A DNA stretch of 64,000 bases, from NCBI GenBank assembly GCA_963768985.1, contig CAVYJZ010000004.1, positions 1,164,944-1,228,943 of the forward strand, written 5' to 3'. The position numbers and the translations under genes were made by a program. Shown one piece after another: positions 58,929-64,000 of the stretch. Position 1 is the stretch's first letter, and the number at the start of each line of letters is the position of its first letter. The notes under the pieces were generated by a model that searched no databases, was not told where the DNA came from, and saw only the letters and a program-made list of their open reading frames with translations. This DNA is from an uncultured delta proteobacterium (GTDB lineage Bacteria > Myxococcota_A > Polyangia > Polyangiales > Houyiibacteriaceae).

Positions 58929-59395
58929 CCCGCCGACCGAGCGATTCGGCGCGAGAGATATTCTTCGAGGTGGGGGACGATCTTCATGCCGAGGACCTCA
59001 TTGGGGGTGTGGAACTCGGCCAAGACGACTTCCCGGTTGTCGACTTTGACTGTGGGCTCGTCGTCGACCTCGAGCTCGTAGATGTCGAGCGTGTCTTGCC
59101 GGTGCTCGAAGACATGCGTGCCGTGGTACGCGTGTACCAAGCGCTTGGGTTGCGCTCGAATTCCCACTTCTTCGCGGAGCTCGCGCGCGGCTGCGGTCCG
59201 GCGATCTTCGCGCGACCGCACGTAGCCCCCTGGCAGCGTGAGCTGGCGCCGATAGGAGTTCTTCACGATTAAGAGGCGGCCTCCGTACCAGACGGCGACC
59301 AGAGCCCCGGTCGTTTCCGGTCGCCGGATGAACCACAGGAGCCGCAAGCCCCAATGCGCCACCCGATACACCGCCCTGATCAAGGCGTTGATCAT
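58925..59395 (-). CDS. NUDIX hydrolase
   Basis: 156 aa. Complete Nudix box GYVRSREDRRTAAARELREEVGI (Gx5Ex7REUxEExGU). Confidence 0.9.
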   Translation of the reverse strand: MINALIRAVYRVAHWGLRLLWFIRRPETTGALVAVWYGGRLLIVKNSYRRQLTLPGGYVRSREDRRTAAARELREEVGIRAQPKRLVHAYHGTHVFEHRQDTLDIYELEVDDEPTVKVDNREVVLAEFHTPNEVLGMKIVPHLEEYLSRRIARSAG

Positions 59396-59454
59396 GCGGA
59401 CAGTTTACCAAAAAAGCGCGCTGCTTGGAGAAATCCGTGCCGAGGGGTGAACGG

Positions 59455-60855
59455 CTAGACGGTCGCGCCGGCCCTTGCCCATCCTCCCCGCCGATAGGCC
59501 ACGATGCCCAGACCCATGCGAACGACGAACGAAATGGGGAGGGCCACCCAGATTCCAAAGGCGCCCCATCCGACCGCGAAGCCTAGAAACCAGCTGAGGG
59601 GGACCTGAACCAGCACGGTGCCGACGATGTTGATCAGTAGGCTGGTACGGGTGGAGCCGGCCCCACGCAGCATGCCGATGAATGCGATGTGGACACCGAC
59701 GATCGGCATCCCCAAGCCGAGCACACGCATCCAGAGAATCGAATAGCGCCCGAGGTCGGTCGCCGCATCCACGTCGAAGATCGCAATGATCGGCTCCGCG
59801 CCAAGCACGATCGCCAATCCGATCACGGTCATGATGACAGTGGAGAGGATGACGCCGCTGCGTACGACCTCGCGCGCCTCGGGCGCATCTCCGGCGCCGA
59901 GAGCGTTACCAACCATCGCGCCGATGGCCTGAGAGACGCCTAGGCCGGGCACGAACGCCAAGGACTGAATCCTCAAACCAATCCCGTGCGCAGCGACAGC
60001 CACTTGTGCCACACGCGCCAGCATGCCGACGATCGACAGAAACGCGACGTTGAGGATCACCATATCGAGTGCGGCGGGAGCGCCCACCCGAAAGAGGTCG
60101 TTGGCAAGCGGACGATCGATCCGCGCCAAGCGCAGATGCGCTCGCACCCCGTAAACGACGTCGCGTCGCAGCAGGAGCACCATCAAGACGACCGCCACGG
60201 CCTGTGCGATGACTGTCCCCCAGGCCGCGCCGGGAACCCCCAGCGCGGGAAGCCCTAGGCGCCCAAAGATGAGCCCGTAGTTCAGCACGACGTTGATCAG
60301 ATTGGTCAGCAAAGCGATCACGAATGGCAACATGGTGTTCCCCACAGCGCGTAACGCAGCCGCGAAGAGCATGTTCAAGTAGAAAAACACGGTCAGCGTA
60401 AACAGGGGACGCAAGTAGCCGACGCCAAGATCTCGAACCGAGTCATCCGCGCCCAGCCATTCCATTGCGACACCGGCGCCGAGATTTCCTACCAGTGCGA
60501 CGGCGATCGACACGACATACGTCAAGAGAATGCTCTGGTGGAGCACATGGTTGACACGTTCGGTATCACCCGCACCATGGGCACGGGCGATGAATGCCAC
60601 AGTTCCGACTGTCAGCCCGAGCATCGCCACCATCAACAAGAAGATCAGCTGGCTGGCAAACCCGAGCGCCGTGAGCGCCTCTTGGGCGTTCACTAGGCGG
60701 CCGCACATCGCCGTGTCGACCGCCAGCGTCAGGACACTCAGCACGTTCAAGCCGACAATCGGCATCGCCAAGTCGAAGAGTCGCCGGAAGATGGCGGGAT
60801 CGACGCCCCTGGATGGACCTGACGCTGCCTTCATCAGTAGCGCGAGAGCCTGCAT
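59455..60855 (-). CDS. MATE family efflux transporter
   Basis: 466 aa, 12 TM helices, typical MATE N-terminus (RLFDLAMPIVGLNVLSVLTLAVDTAMCGRL). Confidence 0.9.
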   Translation of the reverse strand: MQALALLMKAASGPSRGVDPAIFRRLFDLAMPIVGLNVLSVLTLAVDTAMCGRLVNAQEALTALGFASQLIFLLMVAMLGLTVGTVAFIARAHGAGDTERVNHVLHQSILLTYVVSIAVALVGNLGAGVAMEWLGADDSVRDLGVGYLRPLFTLTVFFYLNMLFAAALRAVGNTMLPFVIALLTNLINVVLNYGLIFGRLGLPALGVPGAAWGTVIAQAVAVVLMVLLLRRDVVYGVRAHLRLARIDRPLANDLFRVGAPAALDMVILNVAFLSIVGMLARVAQVAVAAHGIGLRIQSLAFVPGLGVSQAIGAMVGNALGAGDAPEAREVVRSGVILSTVIMTVIGLAIVLGAEPIIAIFDVDAATDLGRYSILWMRVLGLGMPIVGVHIAFIGMLRGAGSTRTSLLINIVGTVLVQVPLSWFLGFAVGWGAFGIWVALPISFVVRMGLGIVAYRRGGWARAGATV

Positions 60856-60908
60856 TGCCGGAGGTCGGCGCGCCAGGGCTTTTCCGATGATGCTAGGCTC
60901 GTGCTCGG

Positions 60909-62399
60909 ATGGCTGGTGAGCCTCGCGAGTTCGGTCCCTATCATATTGTGCGCCGCCTCGGCGTCGGTGGCATGGCGGAAACGTTCGAAGCGACCCGTGC
61001 CGGGCCTGGTGGATTCGAGCAGCGGGTTTGTCTGAAACGCACGCTTCCTGCGTTCAGCGATGACCCCGAGTTCGTCTCCCGTTTTCGACGCGAGGCCGCG
61101 CTCGCTGCACGGCTTCGCCACACCAACATCGTTGGCGTGATCGATTTCGGACAAGTCGACGGCGTGCACTACATGACACTCGAGCTCGTCGATGGTGTGG
61201 ACCTTCGATCCTTGCTCAAGTCGTCTCCCGGCGAGAAGCTGTCGCCGGACACCGTAGCATTGATTGCTCTGGATTTGGCGTACGCACTCGAGCACGCACA
61301 CGGATCTCTCGTTCACCGTGACATTTCTCCTTCGAACATCTTGTTGAGCCGCTCCGGGGAAACGAAGCTCGCGGACTTCGGCATCGCAAAGGCACTCGAC
61401 AATGTAAAGGTCACGGCGAGTCGCAGCGCAAAGGGCAAGATTCCGTACATGTCTCCGGAGCACATGCGTGGCGAGGTCGTCGACGCGCGAGCCGACCTAT
61501 TCTCTCTCGGCGTCGTGCTTTTCGAAGCCGTGACGGGCGTTCGTCCATTCGATGGAGCGCACGACGTCGAGATCATGCAGAGGATTCTGGATGGCAACCG
61601 GAGGACGTTGAAAGAGATTGAACCCCAAGTCTCGACGCCGCTTCGCGAAATCATCGAACGGTTGATCGAGGTCGACCGAGACGCCCGGACCCCGAGCGCG
61701 GCATGCTTGATCGAGGAGCTTGCCACGGTGGCACCTCCGCCCCGGGTGCGCAGAGCGCTGGCGTCGACGGTGGAAGGTCAGCGTGAAGGGCCCAGGGCGC
61801 GATTGCACGTGCGCGCGCGCGAAGAAGAACGCGACACCGACCTCAGCCGTCCGCCGCCGCCGCTCCGAGCAGTCGCGGAGCACGACGAGGTGCCAGTCCG
61901 GCCCACGGCTCGTAAGCGCGGGCGCCCCTTGCTCCTCGCAGGCTCACTGCTAGCCCTTCTGGTCGCGGCCGCGACAGGATCTCAGTGGCTCAGGCAGAGC
62001 GCTCAGGCACCCGCGCCTGCGTCCGTGCCCGCGCCTGCGTCCGTACCCGCGCCTGCGCCAACATCCGTGCCCACGCCTGCGCCAGCGTTCGTACCCGCGC
62101 CTGCGCCAGCGTCCGTACCCGCGCCCACACCCAAGGTCATGCCAACCCCTGTAGCTATGCCAGCACCCGCGGTCGCCCCTGCGCCACCGCGCTCGAGAAA
62201 AGGTTGGCTTCAGATCGTGGTTCAGCCGTGGGGGAACGTCTGGATCGACGGGGTATCGATGGGCAGGGCACCGGTGAAGGCGCGCCTGCGAAAAGGCCGG
62301 CATGTCATCGAGGCAGGACGAGACCTGCCGAGTCAAACGCGCGTCGTCCAGGTCGCAGCTGGCTCGCGAAAAGAGATCGAGTTCAGCCTGCTGGACTGA
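60909..62399 (+). CDS. Ser/Thr protein kinase with Pro/Ala-rich linker, TM segment and C-terminal PEGA domain
   Basis: 496 aa. Kinase motifs GVGGMAETF, VCLKR, HRDISPSNILL, DFG and SPE. TM helix LLLAGSLLALLVAA. PAPASV-type repeats, then PEGA GWLQIVVQPWGNVWIDGVSMGRAPVKARLRKGRHVIEA. Confidence 0.92.
   Translation: MAGEPREFGPYHIVRRLGVGGMAETFEATRAGPGGFEQRVCLKRTLPAFSDDPEFVSRFRREAALAARLRHTNIVGVIDFGQVDGVHYMTLELVDGVDLRSLLKSSPGEKLSPDTVALIALDLAYALEHAHGSLVHRDISPSNILLSRSGETKLADFGIAKALDNVKVTASRSAKGKIPYMSPEHMRGEVVDARADLFSLGVVLFEAVTGVRPFDGAHDVEIMQRILDGNRRTLKEIEPQVSTPLREIIERLIEVDRDARTPSAACLIEELATVAPPPRVRRALASTVEGQREGPRARLHVRAREEERDTDLSRPPPPLRAVAEHDEVPVRPTARKRGRPLLLAGSLLALLVAAATGSQWLRQSAQAPAPASVPAPASVPAPAPTSVPTPAPAFVPAPAPASVPAPTPKVMPTPVAMPAPAVAPAPPRSRKGWLQIVVQPWGNVWIDGVSMGRAPVKARLRKGRHVIEAGRDLPSQTRVVQVAAGSRKEIEFSLLD
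62007..62135 (+). repeat. Tandem 18/24-nt coding repeats (PAPASV / PAPAPxSV units)
   Basis: cccgcgcctgcgtccgtg x2, then 24-nt variants cccgcgcctgcgccaacatccgtg, cccacgcctgcgccagcgttcgta and cccgcgcctgcgccagcgtccgta. They encode APAPASVPAPASVPAPAPTSVPTPAPAFVPAPAPASVPAPTP. Confidence 0.85.
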
Positions 62400-62402
62400 T
62401 CG

Positions 62403-63665
62403 CTATTCGACGACGATGGCGCCGCAAGGAAACACGGCCGTGAACGTCGACGAGCCGCTCTTGAACGTATCGCACGCGCTGCCCACCAGCTCGATCACAT
62501 TGCTGACCCCAGGCTTGACCTGCCAGTCGTTCGGGCAAGCCAGCGGCGTGCCATTGAGTCGAACGTCGCCCTCGCTACACGCCAGCACGACGTCGTCAAA
62601 CGGCTTGTTGATCTGCACCTCGCACGAGATGCTGTCGCTGATGATTTGCTGGAATGCAGCTGCGAGAAGCTCTGGAGTCGTCGCTTTCCAGAACGGCGCA
62701 GGGTCACTGCTCTCGTTCACCGGCTTGCCAACTCCCACGTTCGCCATGTCTTGGAGGTGCGAATCGCTGACCTCGTTCCCAACGCTGAGAATGAAGACAT
62801 CGAACCCTGCAGCATGTGCAGACGTGGCGGCAGTGACTGCCTCGGCTTGCCCATTCTGAGGATTCGGCTGCTCACAGGTGTCTGGCTCGCCGTCCGTGGC
62901 TAACACAATGATCGTTGGCCCTTCGGCCGGCGGCGGGTCGGATTGGATGATGCTCACGAGCGCATCGATGCTGTCGCCTGTGGGCGTGTCTCCGCCCGCA
63001 TCATTCGGGTAGGTACTGGGGTAGATGCTGTTGTCGCCGATCGCGCTTCCGTTGTTGAGCCCGAATGCAACTCTTGGGCTGGTAGCCAAGGGATTGCCCG
63101 CCACCGGAAGACGTGGGCAAGGGAGATTGGCATTTCCGTTGTCCGAGGTGTATGTGGTCAAGCCGAATCGGACGATCGAGTCGAGGTTCGAGACGATCTC
63201 GGTAATCGCGCCGTGGGCAGCCGTCCATCGTGCTTGCCCGGCGAAGTTATCGGTCATCGAGCCGCTTTGATCGACCAGGAACATCACGTTCGGGATGCTT
63301 CGGGTCGGGGTGACTTGAATTGACTGGCAGCCATTACCGCCCGTGTTGCCGGTGCCACCCGTTCCACCCGTGCTCATCACGCAGCGACCGCTCACGTTGC
63401 AGGCGGAACCTGCCGCGCAGCCCTCGTCGGCCGTGCAATGCGCGGTGCACTTGCCGTTGTCGCAGAAGCTTGCGGCACACTCCGCATCGGAGGTGCAGGA
63501 TTTGTCGCAGTCAGCGGGTGCATTGGTCAGCGTCGCACAGTTCAGGACGACACCGCCGTTTCCACCGGTGCCACCACCGTACGGATCACCGGAGCCATCG
63601 CCGCCGCAGGCAGCAATCGCCAGAACACCCACGCCCACGAGCACAATTGAAAGCCAATTACGCAT
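62403..63665 (-). CDS. Lipoprotein with Cys-rich/Gly-rich N-terminal region and von Willebrand factor A domain
   Basis: 420 aa with signal/lipobox VGVGVLAIAAC. GGTGGNGG and STGGTGGTGNTGGNG linkers flank CDKSCTSDAECAASFCDNGKCTAHCTADEGCAAGSACNVSGRC. VWA MIDAS motif in VMFLVDQSGSMTD. Confidence 0.88.
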   Translation of the reverse strand: MRNWLSIVLVGVGVLAIAACGGDGSGDPYGGGTGGNGGVVLNCATLTNAPADCDKSCTSDAECAASFCDNGKCTAHCTADEGCAAGSACNVSGRCVMSTGGTGGTGNTGGNGCQSIQVTPTRSIPNVMFLVDQSGSMTDNFAGQARWTAAHGAITEIVSNLDSIVRFGLTTYTSDNGNANLPCPRLPVAGNPLATSPRVAFGLNNGSAIGDNSIYPSTYPNDAGGDTPTGDSIDALVSIIQSDPPPAEGPTIIVLATDGEPDTCEQPNPQNGQAEAVTAATSAHAAGFDVFILSVGNEVSDSHLQDMANVGVGKPVNESSDPAPFWKATTPELLAAAFQQIISDSISCEVQINKPFDDVVLACSEGDVRLNGTPLACPNDWQVKPGVSNVIELVGSACDTFKSGSSTFTAVFPCGAIVVE

Positions 63666-63703
63666 TACCCACTCCCCTAGAGAAAAAAGCCAACTATGTT
63701 AAC

Positions 63704-63732
63704 ATTCTACACTGCGTCTGTACGGGACGCAA
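63704..63732 (-). promoter_or_regulatory. Candidate sigma-70-type promoter in an AT-rich island upstream of the VWA lipoprotein gene
   Basis: The minus strand reads TTGCGT (63732-27), a 17-nt spacer, then TAGAAT (63709-04), about 38 nt upstream of ATG 63665. The surrounding approx. 100 nt are conspicuously AT-rich for this genome. Confidence 0.4.
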
Positions 63733-63780
63733 ACGAGCCTGATTCTTTGTGTTCGATAATTATGCATTGATTCCAAATGC

Positions 63781-63984
63781 TTAGAGCAAGTCACCGCCAG
63801 CTCGGAGTCGGCGCTCCGCTGCGGCCCTGAAATCGCCAGAAAACCACCCAGGTTTGGATTTTGGGCGCCCCGCCACAATCGAGAGCTCGACCTGCCGCCC
63901 GCGCGTTTTTTCCTTGAGGAAAGGGCCGAGAAACCTCCCGGAAACACTGTCGGTCCAAAGATCCCGCAGCGAGCTCTTCGGCAC
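63781..63984 (-). CDS. Possible small hypothetical protein (67 aa, GTG start)
   Basis: ORF with good GC3 bias (VPKSSLRDLWTDSVSGRFLGPFLKEKTRGRQVELSIVAGRPKSKPGWFSGDF...). No recognisable motif. Near the window edge. Confidence 0.3.
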   Translation of the reverse strand: MPKSSLRDLWTDSVSGRFLGPFLKEKTRGRQVELSIVAGRPKSKPGWFSGDFRAAAERRLRAGGDLL

Positions 63985-64000
63985 CCTGAATTACCGCCTG

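Overview
High-GC window (about two-thirds G+C by eye, not computed), with strong GC3 bias and densely packed genes. It looks like core chromosome of a Myxococcota-type bacterium. That inference rests on PEGA domains, a bactofilin, a eukaryotic-like Ser/Thr kinase, a sigma-54 activator relative, Cys-rich and Gly-rich lipoproteins and a GltJ/AgmX-like protein. I found no rRNA, CRISPR array, transposase, integrase or prophage signature. The left edge carries the conserved tRNA(Thr-Tyr-Gly-Thr)-tuf-rpmG-tRNA(Trp)-secE-nusG block on the minus strand. The rest is mostly housekeeping: plsY, etfBA, pepA, murA, hisG, miaE, nadK, era, der, rlmN, prmA, rsmE, hom, rnc and F1Fo ATP synthase, interleaved with signalling and envelope genes. 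Most interesting: (1) A tightly packed minus-strand gene string (43200 to 36308) contains a GspE-N/MshEN-type domain fused to HEAT repeats. It is followed by a polytopic-membrane sigma-54-activator look-alike whose Walker A, Walker B and GAFTGA motifs are all degenerate, with a second paralogous HEAT gene on the other flank. (2) A membrane-anchored protein with three tandem zinc ribbons sits next to a ZnR-GYF-TM-TonB_C-like (GltJ/AgmX-like) protein. (3) A near-consensus sigma-54 promoter precedes a translationally coupled 71-aa ORF and a ComEA-like gene. (4) A degenerate-PilZ / GGDEF (intact A and I sites) / lipoprotein operon has a sigma-54-like promoter. (5) A FadR(YsiA)-like TetR gene has a TGAATG-N6-CATTCA operator over its own start and precedes PhyH-dioxygenase and GMC-oxidoreductase genes. 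(6) The ATP synthase locus is broken: atpF'FHAG is on one strand and atpDC is inverted about 6 kb away, and AtpA carries a roughly 35-45 aa insertion. All functional calls come from motif reading of the supplied translations. No database search was possible. Several start codons were moved inward from the longest-ORF coordinates, as explained per feature.
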